The translations under genes and the position numbers were made by a program. A DNA stretch of 64,000 nt from an uncultured Nitrospiraceae bacterium (GTDB taxonomy: Bacteria > Nitrospirota > Nitrospiria > Nitrospirales > Nitrospiraceae): NCBI GenBank assembly GCA_963846575.1, contig CAWJWJ010000002.1, forward strand, positions 1,952,001 to 2,016,000, given 5' to 3'. Under the pieces are notes generated by a model. It was not told where the DNA came from. It ran no database searches and was given only the letters and a program-made list of their open reading frames with translations. The stretch's first letter is position 1; each line of letters starts with the position of its first letter. This document shows positions 29,604-39,450 of this stretch, one piece after another.

Positions 29604-29882
29604 TTAACTTTCTCTTCCCACTTCCTTCACTAGGGCCGCTCGAAGCGACGTGTAATCCAGCACCAGCTCGGCGAATTTGCTTTTGAGGCGACGATTTTCA
29701 ATTTCCAGTAAACGAAGGCGGTCCTTGTCGATCGTTTTGTTATCGCCAACCTTTAAGGTCCAGCGGTACATGGTAGTCCTTGAGACTCCATACTTATGTG
29801 AGATGTCCTTTAACGATCCCCCGGCCTCTACCTCTCGCACAATTGCTCTAATTTGATCCTGAGTGAAGCGTGATTTTGCCAT
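29604..29882 (-). CDS. Solitary IS3-family OrfA-like HTH/leucine-zipper protein (no OrfB)
   Basis: MAKSRFTQDQI...EVEAG...YGVSRTTMYRW...RLRLLEIENRRLK matches the IS3 OrfA pattern. No DDE OrfB, slippery site or terminal inverted repeats visible. Confidence 0.8.
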   Translation of the reverse strand: MAKSRFTQDQIRAIVREVEAGGSLKDISHKYGVSRTTMYRWTLKVGDNKTIDKDRLRLLEIENRRLKSKFAELVLDYTSLRAALVKEVGRES

Positions 29883-29946
29883 GCTGGCTTTCCGTACCTT
29901 CTTCGTTCTGCTTACGGGGACGTGGCAAGAAACAACGGGTGGGAGA

Positions 29947-30498
29947 TCAGTGAACCGGGATCACTTCATTCAAATCGATGTGGACGGTGGCAGCCTGCTG
30001 AATCAGGTTCACGCGAATGATAAGACAATCGCGAGTGCCCTTTCGGATCAGTTGTCCTCGAAGGCCGACCAGCGGTCCTCGAACCACTTCCACCCAATCC
30101 CCTTCGACCAGATAGTCGTGGCACTCAAATGAGCGCTCACTTTCAGCCACCTTCATAATGGACGCCAATTCCTCGTCTGGAATGACCTCCGGCATAACCG
30201 AGCCAACAATTCGAACCACTCCCGGTAGCTGGACGACAGCATGACTGTTCGCCAGCGAAAATCTCGCAAAGCAGTAGCCCGAGAACAGCGGACTCAGCGT
30301 CAACACTTTGCGATCGGACCATTGGCTCACTTTTCTCGTCAACGGAAGGAACGGCTCGAGACCAATACCTGCCAGGCGGTCCCTGACCATCTTTTCGTGA
30401 CGAGAGCGCGTACTGATCGCGTACCAATGGAGGTTGGTACTGACAGCTCCCCCGATCGGCTCTATAACCCGAGGATCAGAATTGGATACGTTCAACAT
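29947..30498 (-). CDS. NusG-paralogue transcription antiterminator (UpxY/LoaP/RfaH-type)
   Basis: WYAISTRSRHEK, FLPL....QWSDRK....PLFSGYCF (NGN domain), GDWVEVVRGPLVGLRG (KOW); first gene of the polysaccharide run. Confidence 0.92.
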   Translation of the reverse strand: MLNVSNSDPRVIEPIGGAVSTNLHWYAISTRSRHEKMVRDRLAGIGLEPFLPLTRKVSQWSDRKVLTLSPLFSGYCFARFSLANSHAVVQLPGVVRIVGSVMPEVIPDEELASIMKVAESERSFECHDYLVEGDWVEVVRGPLVGLRGQLIRKGTRDCLIIRVNLIQQAATVHIDLNEVIPVH

Positions 30499-30648
30499 AG
30501 CTTCGCCCTCTGAGTCCCAGTTTGGAGGCTACGTTCTACAGATTTCGTTGCACCCTCACATCGGACAATAGTGCCTTTCTGCTGCCAGTTCGCGCCTGCT
30601 TACAAGCAACACCTTTGTGCCTAGAAAGCGTCCCAATTTGTCCGTGGG

Positions 30649-30869
30649 AACGGTTTGACAGAGAATGGGAGCATTTAGCCCGGAGCGAATCCGTACCCCA
30701 AAGCCCGCAACTACCGCATAAGGTCCTAGGAATGACACTAGTCAAACGACAGGTACTTCAGGCGATGCACAATTATGTACGCCGGCGTTAGTCGCTGAAT
30801 CAGAATGATACAATCTCCGGTAATCCTTGCCCAGTAACGGTTTGACGGGACATGCCGTTATTTTTTAAT
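30649..30869. promoter_or_regulatory. Divergent control region with repeated AACGGTTTGAC motif, ops-like GCGGTAG and candidate sigma70 promoter
   Basis: AACGGTTTGAC at 30649 and 30836. TAACGG-N14-CCGTTA inverted repeat at 30835-30860. TTGACG-N16-TTTAAT at 30842-30869 (+). GCGGTAG on the minus strand at 30711-30717. Confidence 0.45.
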
Positions 30870-31035
30870 TTGCCTGGCGCCGGACTGTTGTGCGAGTATG
30901 CGACCACATGAAGGCCATATCCATCACAACTTTAACCTAGCACCTAATGCGTAGTTGATCGATAAGCTGATTCAGCTGTACGTAGCAATGCGTGGGGTAT
31001 AAATGACCGTATCTATATCAGTTGCCGGAGGACAG

Positions 31036-31749
31036 ATGAGCAGTAGCGAAGACAATCCCGTTGTGACGGTGGTGGCCATTGCCAGCAACAACTACCTGCT
31101 GAGGCTCGGACTGCAAAGAATCGTGGAAGTGGAGACATGGATCCGCCTCATCGGCCACGCCGCGAATGCATCGGCTCTGGAAGAGAACTTAGTACGCGAG
31201 AGACCCCACATTATGATCGTCGATACGGAAATCGCATCGGACGTCACCGAATTCATTCGCAAGGTAAGGGCGGCTTCACCGAGGATACGCATCGTTCTAT
31301 TGAGCGGACTTCAGGACTCGGAAAGCACCAGGCGGGCCATCGATTGTGGCGTAGATGGAATTGTTCTCAAGGTACAACCGTCTGCTGTATTGATTGCGAC
31401 GATCCAGCATCTCGCTCCTGCGTCTGAACAAACCCCGGGCCCACTCGGCGAACCAGGAAGACCGTCGAACGGAAACGGTAAGCCGAGCGGTTCCGCAACA
31501 CCCATGGAACATCCCATCCCCGGTGCGATCAGGTGGCCGCAAGGCTTGACGGAGCGAGAGCGCGAGGTGATTCAATTGATCAGCCTAGGACTTTCGAACA
31601 AGGACATCGCCGACCGCCTCTGCATTTCCAGCATCACTGTGCGACATCACCTCACCAACATTTTTGACAAACTCGGCGTTTCCAACCGGCAGAAACTCCT
31701 CATCCGTGCTCACCAGTATGGAATCGTGGAGTTGACCGCTCGAGCGTAA
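31036..31749 (+). CDS. NarL/LuxR-family response regulator with atypical receiver domain
   Basis: C-terminal LTEREREVIQLISLGLSNKDIADRLCISSITVRHHLTNIFDKLGV (LuxR HTH); N-terminal REC fold; GGAGG RBS before ATG 31036. Confidence 0.92.
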   Translation: MSSSEDNPVVTVVAIASNNYLLRLGLQRIVEVETWIRLIGHAANASALEENLVRERPHIMIVDTEIASDVTEFIRKVRAASPRIRIVLLSGLQDSESTRRAIDCGVDGIVLKVQPSAVLIATIQHLAPASEQTPGPLGEPGRPSNGNGKPSGSATPMEHPIPGAIRWPQGLTEREREVIQLISLGLSNKDIADRLCISSITVRHHLTNIFDKLGVSNRQKLLIRAHQYGIVELTARA

Positions 31750-31974
31750 CCCGACCTATCACATATTTCAGGCCACAGTGTCGTTTCTATTTTAATCCGA
31801 ATTGAGATCGCAGCACTGTGAGACGGACTCACGATTGCGCAGCCGGTGAGAAGTAGGTATGAGCGGGCACTTAAGCAGTCAGGATCCACCACCAGCCGTG
31901 CTGCGATATGTTATGCACTCATTCGTGCGACACGAATGGAATCACATCTTGCTCGTGACGGGCGGGGTCGGGAA

Positions 31975-32688
31975 ATGGCTGCGAACCCTTCGACTGGACC
32001 TGGGCCGAGAACCCTAGTGGCGCGCTGGTTCGGTTGCCTTCGCAACCGGGGCTTCATCGGAACCGTCTTACGGGCCCTGTCCATGATTGAGGAACGGCTG
32101 TTCGACTTGCATTACGGTACAGACACCGTGGCGCTCGTCAAACTGCTTCCAGAAGCAATCAATAGTCCAAACGCTGCCGAGGGTGTGGACTACATGCCGA
32201 CAAGAATTCTTCCACTTCGGAAAGTGCTCGGGGCGTTGAATCCCGGCCCTGACAGCGTCCTCGTGGACTATGGCTGCGGCAAAGGCAGGGTTCTCCTCGT
32301 CGCGGCGGAGTGTGGATTTACTCGAAGCGTCGGTATTGAATTCATGCCGGGGTTGTGCGACGTAGCTCGATTGAACCTGGCTCGGTACCGGCACAAGACC
32401 GGGAGCAAGGCGGATATTCAGATCGTGCAGGCAGATGCTGTCGAGTATCAAGTCCAAGACGATCAAACACACTTCTATTTCTTTAATCCTTTTGAAGCCG
32501 GGGTTCTGCATCAAGTTCTTCAGCGCGTTGCCCAATCGTTGCAACGGAACCCTCGTGTGGTTTACGTGATCTACAACAATCCACGGCACGGAGCCGTGGT
32601 CGAAACCGTCGGTTTCTCTCCGGTAATGCAGTTCGAAGGTAAGGAGATAGTCGTCTATAGCAACGATCCTTCTGCTGTCAGTTCCTGA
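31975..32688 (+). CDS. Class I SAM-dependent methyltransferase
   Basis: YMPT, LVDYGCGKGRVL, GIEF, YFFNPF, YNNP; start 31975 or 31936. Confidence 0.88.
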   Translation: MAANPSTGPGPRTLVARWFGCLRNRGFIGTVLRALSMIEERLFDLHYGTDTVALVKLLPEAINSPNAAEGVDYMPTRILPLRKVLGALNPGPDSVLVDYGCGKGRVLLVAAECGFTRSVGIEFMPGLCDVARLNLARYRHKTGSKADIQIVQADAVEYQVQDDQTHFYFFNPFEAGVLHQVLQRVAQSLQRNPRVVYVIYNNPRHGAVVETVGFSPVMQFEGKEIVVYSNDPSAVSS

Positions 32689-33417
32689 ATATCTCCGTTT
32701 ATGGACCCAGTGTTATGGTCATCGTCAAACCGCCAGGGATCTCTGGCCAACATAGATACTCCTGATCTCATGAGCGACATATGGTAGACCTGTGATCAAC
32801 TGATGTAAGGTCGGGTTCCCCTTCACGCTCAGCACATCGGTTCTTCGCTACAAACTCCGCCACCTTGATATCGTCTTTGGGAATCCCAGCGCGTCCCAGG
32901 TGAGGCGTGATCTGTCCTGTCCGTTCACTACGGGCAGGTGCTCCGGCAGCATCGGCTAATCCGACCTATGGGTGGGCCATCACCCCCTTACGAAGACATC
33001 AGTTGCGTTCATTTCATGAAGGCTCACTCTGGGAACAATCCATAGGAACACGTAACGGAAGTTCGTCCGTCCACGCCCCGACATGAAAATATTCACCGGT
33101 CACCACTAACCAGTCCAGGCTCAACCAGCCTGCACGATCACGTTCGAGCACGGCGTGATGTCAGCAGCCCCACCGGAGAGGTGCAATTTGCGCAGCTGAT
33201 GATGAGGATCAATCCGAGACGGAGTGAGTCCATTGACCATCCTTTGAGACGCGCGCCACTGGATCGACGAGAGTTCGTGGCATGGCCTCCGTCTTTGCTA
33301 TGGCCTCTTACAGTACTGGGTGGACACAGGATCAGGGGTGATTCCAAAAGGAACCGCTATGAAAGCGGGAAGGCTCGAAGGGAAAACGAACAATGGCAGA
33401 GAAAATATTGAGAATGT

Positions 33418-33492
33418 TGGAGCGGGCGATGGGATTTGAACCCACGACAACTTGCTTGGGAAGCAAGGACTCTACCACTGAGCTACGCCCGC
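33418..33492 (-). tRNA. tRNA-Gly (CCC)
   Basis: Reverse complement GCGGGCGTAGCTCAGTGGTAGAGTCCTTGCTTCCCAAGCAAGTTGTCGTGGGTTCAAATCCCATCGCCCGCTCCA; anticodon loop TTCCCAA; encoded CCA. Confidence 0.97.
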
Positions 33493-33513
33493 CCCTCAAT
33501 ACAGAGGAGCCGA

Positions 33514-33542
33514 ATCCTACGCTGGCGCGGTGGTTAAGTCAA
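33514..33542 (-). promoter_or_regulatory. Sigma70 promoter of tRNA-Gly
   Basis: TTGACT-N17-TAGGAT about 20 nt upstream of the tRNA. Confidence 0.7.
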
Positions 33543-33559
33543 GGTAACGGGCTTGCTGA

Positions 33560-34777
33560 CTAGGCCTTGTACTCCGCGACGGCAAATTTGCGGCGGCCGA
33601 CCCGCAGACGGAGCGTCGCGCCGGGCACCAGGGCAATGCTGGCGTTGGCATCCGTCAGTTTCTGCTCATCGACTTCCACCCCACCCTGCGCGATCAATCG
33701 CCGGGCTTCGCTCTTGCTCGGTACCAAGCCGGTCTTGGCGATCAAATCCACCAGGTTGATCGAGGGGGAGATGGCGTCCTTCACGTCGGACACCGTGAGG
33801 GTCACACTCGCATCAGGCTGCTGCGGAAACTCTCTCGCTTGAAATTTCTGCTGAAACAAACTCCGGGCTTCACGGCCGGCATCGGCACCATGGTACCGCG
33901 CAACCATCGCTTCCGCCAATGACTGCTTAGCGTCCATCGGATGGGCTGCTTTGACATCCGTCAGATTCTCCGTGGTCAACAACTCGTAATATCGATGCAT
34001 CAACGTATCACTGATAGACATGACCTTACCGAACATGTCGGCCGGCTTGTCTTCGAGCGCAATGTAGTTACCGAGGCTCTTGCTCATCTTCCGGACGCCG
34101 TCCGTGCCTTCCAGAAGCGGCATGGTGATGACGACCTGCGCCTCCTGTCCATAGTCCCGCTGAAGATCACGCCCCATCAGGAGATTGAATTTCTGGTCCG
34201 TCCCGCCCAGCTCCACGTCAGCCTTCAGCGCGACGGAGTCATATCCCTGGATCAAGGGATACATGAACTCGTGAATGCTGATCGGCTTCTCCTCCGTATA
34301 ACGCTTGTGAAAGTCTTCCCGCTCCAGCATGCGGGCCACCGTATAGTGCGCGCTGAGCTCGATCAGTTTGTCGGCCGTCATTGCACTCATCCAGCGACTA
34401 TTGAATTCCACCTGTGTTTTGTGGGGATCCAAAATCTTGAAGATCTGGCGCTCGTAGGTTTGGGCATTCTCCAGCACCTTTTCCCTGGAAAGCGCAACTC
34501 GCGTTTCAGATTGGCCGGTCGGATCGCCGATCATACCCGTAAAGTCGCCGATCAGAAAGATCACCTGATGGCCGAGATCTTGAAAATGCTTCAACTTGTG
34601 GATCAGGACCGTATGGCCCAGATGCAGGTCCGGGGCCGTGGGGTCAAACCCTGCCTTGATCCGAAGGGGACGTTGTTCCTTGATCGAGCGAGCCAACTTT
34701 GATTCGAGCTCGGCCGGCTGAATAGCCTCAACTATCCCTCGAAGTATTAACTCTAACTGTTGGGAGACAGGCGTCAC
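33560..34777 (-). CDS. tyrS: Tyrosine--tRNA ligase
   Basis: [27 protein letters not shown]-terminal S4 domain. Confidence 0.98.
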   Translation of the reverse strand: MTPVSQQLELILRGIVEAIQPAELESKLARSIKEQRPLRIKAGFDPTAPDLHLGHTVLIHKLKHFQDLGHQVIFLIGDFTGMIGDPTGQSETRVALSREKVLENAQTYERQIFKILDPHKTQVEFNSRWMSAMTADKLIELSAHYTVARMLEREDFHKRYTEEKPISIHEFMYPLIQGYDSVALKADVELGGTDQKFNLLMGRDLQRDYGQEAQVVITMPLLEGTDGVRKMSKSLGNYIALEDKPADMFGKVMSISDTLMHRYYELLTTENLTDVKAAHPMDAKQSLAEAMVARYHGADAGREARSLFQQKFQAREFPQQPDASVTLTVSDVKDAISPSINLVDLIAKTGLVPSKSEARRLIAQGGVEVDEQKLTDANASIALVPGATLRLRVGRRKFAVAEYKA

Positions 34778-35295
34778 AAGATTCCTTTATGTCGGACAGG
34801 GGATCGCGTGTTGGTTACGAGGACGTGGGGACGGATCTGGTCGAACTTCTTACGGCCGATGCCTTTGACTTGCCGGAGGTCTTCGACCCTCTTAAAGGGG
34901 CCGCGCGCCGTGCGGTGCGCTATCACCCGCTGCGCCAGCCTGGGGCCGATACCGGGCAACGCTTCCAGATCGGAGGCCGTGGCCTGGTTCAGATCCACTC
35001 GCGGCGTCTGGTCAGAATTTTTGACGTCCGAGCCTCCGGCTGCCGCAGCAGGCGCCGCCGCTTCAACGAAAGGAGTCTCCTGACCGCCCGGCATCTCGGC
35101 ACCCACGACAGGCCGTCCCCGCTCATTCGATACATCGTTTCTTTCCGGCCGAGCATTGACTGGAATCGAAGCCGCAGTCGCGGGTTCAATCCGATGCGGC
35201 GTCACCTGCCGTATCGGGGTTACCGAACCGATCCATATCAGGGATCCCAACGTCACCCCCAACATCGCGAGCTTGATGAGCAACGACTGCAACAT
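34774..35295 (-). CDS. comEA: ComEA-family helix-hairpin-helix DNA-binding protein
   Basis: [24 protein letters not shown]...[17 protein letters not shown]-terminal TM; start MLQSLL at 35295. Confidence 0.9.
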   Translation of the reverse strand: MLQSLLIKLAMLGVTLGSLIWIGSVTPIRQVTPHRIEPATAASIPVNARPERNDVSNERGRPVVGAEMPGGQETPFVEAAAPAAAAGGSDVKNSDQTPRVDLNQATASDLEALPGIGPRLAQRVIAHRTARGPFKRVEDLRQVKGIGRKKFDQIRPHVLVTNTRSPVRHKGIL

Positions 35296-35296
35296 A

Positions 35297-36719
35297 CTAG
35301 GAGGTCTTCCTCGCGAGGTGAATCGCTCGGGCGTGAACATCTTCAATGGCTTCCATGAAGCCCTCGGCAAAGGTGGGGTGTGCATGGATCATGTCTGCCA
35401 CGTGTGACACCGTAGCGCCGGCATGCATCGCGAGCGCGGCTTCATGAATCAGATCGGTCGCATGGGCCCCTAGGATATGTGCGCCCAGAATCCGATCAGT
35501 CTCCGCGTCGGCAATCACCTTGACCAAACCTTGAATGTCGCCCGTGGCCTGGGCCTTCCCTACACCGCCATAGCGGAAACGCCCGACCCTCAACGAAGAC
35601 TGTGGATCCTTTCCGGCTTCCTGACATCGATCCCGGGCCTGCTGTTCCGTGAGTCCGACGCGGCCGATCTCAGGTAACGTAAAGATGCCGGTCGGGATGA
35701 TCTCGTAGTTGATCGTACGCGCATGCCCCAGAAAATTCTCAGCCGCCACTTTTCCCTGGGCTGAGGCCACATGAGCCAGCATCGCCTTCCCGGTCACATC
35801 GCCGATCGCATAGACTCCGGATACATTGGTCTCCATCCGATCGGTCACGGGAATTTCCCCCCGCGAGCCGACTTCGACACCGACTTTCTCGAGACCGATG
35901 CCGCGAGAATTGAATCCCCGTCCCACGGAGACAAGCACCTGCTCTACGTCGAAAGAGAGGCCGTTGCGCAGATGAGCGGTCACCACCTGAGGCTGCCGCG
36001 CGATGCTGTCCACCGTCACGCCGGTGTGGATGTCGACTCCCCGCTTCTTCAGTTCGCGCTCCATCATCTGGCTGATCTCTTCATCCTCCAGCGGTAGCAG
36101 ACCGCGGGAGAAGTTCGACCATGATCACTCGCGTCCCGAGCCCGCTGTACAGCGACGCAAACTCGCATCCCTCCACCCCTCCTCCCACAATGAGGAGGCT
36201 GGTCGGAATTCGCTCCAAGTCCAGCGCCTGCTTGCTGGTGATGATCTGCGTTCCATCGATGGGAAACAGAGGAAGGTTCGGCCAGGAAGACCCCGTGGCG
36301 ATGATCACGCCGTCGGCCACCACCTGCGTGTCAGTGCCATCCGGCCTGGTGACACGAATGGTATGGGCATCGAGCAATTCCCCCCTGCCCTCCACATGAT
36401 CAATCTTCCAGGTCTTGAAGAGCGTGCCGATACCCTTCACCAGCGTGGAGACTACTTTGTTTTTCCTGGCCACCATGACGGCAGGATCGTACGTGATCGG
36501 ACCACCGAGCTGGAGACCAAGCTCCTTGGCCTTTTTGGCTTTGTCGCCCAGTTCCACCACCGACAACAGTGCCTTGCTCGGGATGCAACCCCAGTTCAAA
36601 CAGACGCCGCCAAGCGCCCGATCTTCGACGACGGAGACACGGGCTCCCAGTTGGGCCGCGCGAATCGCCGCCACGTACCCACCGGGACCCGCGCCGAGAA
36701 TTGCAAGGTGTTTCGACAT
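35297..36719 (-). pseudogene. lpdA: Dihydrolipoamide dehydrogenase split by a +1 frameshift at ~36102 (probable assembly error)
   Basis: GAGPGGY, GGVCLNWGCIPSK, GGGVEGCE in 36081-36719; HAHPTFAE in 35297-36067. Removing one base from CCG CGG T CTG restores ELLPRLLPLEDEEIS. Confidence 0.93.
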
Positions 36720-36818
36720 GACAACGAAATTCCGTCAGGATTGACTACAGAGGTGTCGAGAACATCTTCAGCAGGGAGATACCCGTTCGATGAACCCTTG
36801 GCCCCACGATGCTGAGTA

Positions 36819-37206
36819 CTAATGTTTTTGCTTGCTCAGGAACTCTTCATACTGCTTCGACGTCATGAGTCCTTCCACTTCAGCCGGAGCGGTGATGTCC
36901 AGCACGGCCATCCAACCCTTTCCATAGGGATCGGAATTGACAGACTCCGGATGATCCTTAAGATCGGCATTGATCTTCGTGATCGTTCCGCTCACGGGCG
37001 TATAGATCGGTGGAGGTGGTTTTAGTGGACTCCACTTCCCCGATCTGCTGGCCCGCGGTCACCTTGACGCCCACCTTCGGAAGGTCGATGAAGACGATGT
37101 CTCCCAGCGCATCCTGGGCAAAATGACTGATGCCGATCGTCGCATGCGTCCCTTCGACGCGGACCCATTCGTGTTCTTCATGGTAACGGAGATTGGACGG
37201 TATCAT
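36819..37206 (-). pseudogene. gcvH: Glycine cleavage H protein split by a +1 frameshift at ~37009 (probable assembly error)
   Basis: [28 protein letters not shown] (lipoyl Lys). Removing one base gives [15 protein letters not shown]...VNSDPYGKGW...KQKH stop at 36819. Confidence 0.93.
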
Positions 37207-37302
37207 GACACTCCTCTTCGCGGCCGCCATGCTGGCGACCTACATAAATAAGCCACGTTCAGTCAGCGGGTTGCGCGATCGTAAAAGTTGCGGAATGCTT
37301 TG

Positions 37303-38854
37303 TCAAGGAATCGTCCCTTCCAAATCCGGCACAAACACGAGGTGCCGGATGTCCGGGGTGCGCAGTTCGTCCGCCTGCTGCGCGAGTCCCGTGAACATCC
37401 CCGCGCCATGTTCAGCCGGCGTATGGAGTAGCACCCACCCTTGCGGAAGAGTCTGAGGTTCCCCTTTCCCCGTTTGCACCACGTCCCGGCTCCATCCCTT
37501 CAACGAGCCTCCGAAAGCCCGAACCTCTGAAGCATCGCGGGTTGGTCCACCCACCAGGAGATCAAATCCCCTGCGGCGCGCTTCTGCCGCATCTTCACCG
37601 TAGTTCACGAGGGCTGACGTCGGATTCGACAAGGCCTCCGGATGAACCTCCAGGACCAGACGCAACCGGGGGAGTGCCTTCTGGAGGTGCTTCCTCAGCA
37701 GGGTCATTACCTCAAGTTCCTGGCGTGCCTTCCAGCCCACCCATCGCCAGAGCGTCTTGTCGGAACCGGCCGTGGACGCATTCGGTCGAAGGGTCATCCG
37801 ATCACGCAGGGCTTGTGCCACTTCGGCTGAGGGTTGATGGAACTGCGTTTCGAATTGACGCAACAGGCCGTCACTCACTTCATAGGCGAAGCTATTCTCC
37901 GGCCTTGCCCGGAAGACAATCCCGTCGACTCCGGTCTTCGTAAGGTCCGATAACAACTGCGCCATCGATTGCTGCACCGCCGGAGCCAGCAAATCGAACT
38001 GTGTCCATGGATGCACCTTGCGCCTGGTCGGATCATAGAGGAGCACACGGGTATTCGGACGGATGTCGGACAGCGGCGCATGAAACAGATCGATGACGGC
38101 ATAGACTGGAAATGCCCAGTTCATGCGCCTGCGGCACAATCACGCTGTACCAATCAGCGAGCACCGGGCCTCGCGATGTTGCAAACAGTGCGCCCTTGGG
38201 GACTTCTGGCGAACGGCCGGTTGTGGCAGCACCGATCGGAATCGCGGGCCTGGTAAATGCGGACTCCGGGCTCGCATCCAACAAAATCGCACTGATCCCC
38301 TGCGCGCTCAGGTTCCTGGCCCAGGATTCCACCTGGGAAAGCGGCGGCAGATTGTTGAATGAGACATAGAATGCCGTATGGCCCGACCGCACGCCTGACG
38401 GCAAGGCCGGCTGATTGCGCAACGTCTCAATGCGATGCGATGCCCGGTCGGCATACGAACTCAGGGCGGCGGGCGGGGCCCCTTCAGGACCGGCCAATAT
38501 GCGGTACTCTTTCACCGCCGCCGCGATCTCACCCATCTGTTCATAGGCTTGTGCCAGATCCCAGTGGGCTTCCATCGCGCGGCGGGATTTGGGATAGGTG
38601 AGAAGATACCGCTCGTAGAGATGAATCGCGGCCGAATAGCGACCGTCTGAGAACGCGGTGGAGGCCTGATACCAGAGCCGTGTCTCCGCCTCGACTGCCG
38701 GGTCGCCGATTGGCTCTGTCACGGGAACCGGTGGCGCAGCCGAGCAGGCGGAGAAAAGCAGGGTGGCCAGAATCAGGAACAGTGGTAGTGCACCGGCCCG
38801 GCGGCCCCGATCGGACCGCCGAGCATTCAGTGCGTGACGACAATCTGCGCTCAA
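37303..38854 (-). pseudogene. Lipoprotein with TPR (BamD/CpoB-like) domain and PgaB C-terminal (GH153/GHL13)-like domain, +1 frameshift at ~38110
   Basis: Lipobox FSA-C; YERYLLTYPKSRRAMEAHWDLAQAYE (TPR); PVLADWY...AHELGI/PVYAVIDL joins the two ORFs; DLTKTGVDGIVF, WRWVGWKAR. Confidence 0.7.
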
Positions 38855-38860
38855 AACGGT

Positions 38861-39280
38861 CTACCCGACCAACTCCATTTCGGAAAAGAAATATCCGATT
38901 TCAAATTTGGCCGTATCGGGCGCATCGGAGCCATGGACCGCATTGAATTCAATATTTGCTCCATGGGCGGCACGAATGGTGCCGTTCTCCGCTTTAGCCG
39001 GATCGGTCGCCCCCATAATTTGACGGTTGACCTTGATCGCGTTATCCCCTAGCAAGACCAGCACCACGCAAGGTCCGGAAGACATGAACGTGCAGAGACT
39101 GTCGAAGAACGGTCTGGCCTTATGGACCGCATAGAAACCCTGGGCCGTGGACTTGGACAAGTGCATCAATCGAATGGCGACCGGCTTCAAGCCCGCCTTC
39201 TCGTATCGATGAATGATGTCGCCGATGGCGTTCTTTTTTACGGCGTCCGGCTTGATGATTGCGAGAGTACGTTCACTCAT
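38861..39280 (-). CDS. ndk: Nucleoside diphosphate kinase
   Basis: [25 protein letters not shown]. Confidence 0.98.
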   Translation of the reverse strand: MSERTLAIIKPDAVKKNAIGDIIHRYEKAGLKPVAIRLMHLSKSTAQGFYAVHKARPFFDSLCTFMSSGPCVVLVLLGDNAIKVNRQIMGATDPAKAENGTIRAAHGANIEFNAVHGSDAPDTAKFEIGYFFSEMELVG

Positions 39281-39340
39281 TGGTTGTCGGGCTCCTTCAA
39301 CTAGAAAAGGTCATGGCCGTCGTTGTCATTCGCTTGCGGC

Positions 39341-39370
39341 ATTATAAAGAAGGCGCGGAATGACTGGCAA
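39341..39370 (-). promoter_or_regulatory. Sigma70 promoter of ndk
   Basis: TTGCCA-N18-TATAAT. Confidence 0.6.
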
Positions 39371-39450
39371 GGCAAAGGACTCCCGTCCCGAGGAGGAACC
39401 GGCAGCGGAAGCTGAACCTGTCACTCGGCGGCAGGTTCACTCTTCCCTCA

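Noticed and set aside
29604..29882. Complete, active IS3 element
   Set aside because: No OrfB/DDE domain, terminal inverted repeats, frameshift signal or target-site duplication.
30572..30587. Sigma54 promoter for the antiterminator operon (TGGCAGCAGAAAGGCA, minus strand)
   Set aside because: GG-N10-GC spacing is right, but the TT before GC is missing and no IHF site was found; too weak to call.
33138..33411. Small ORFs next to tRNA-Gly as integrase remnants
   Set aside because: No tyrosine- or serine-recombinase motifs in the translations.
36095..37015. Programmed ribosomal frameshifting in lpdA or gcvH
   Set aside because: No slippery heptamer or stimulatory structure, and the same +1 pattern in four unrelated neighbouring genes points to sequencing error.
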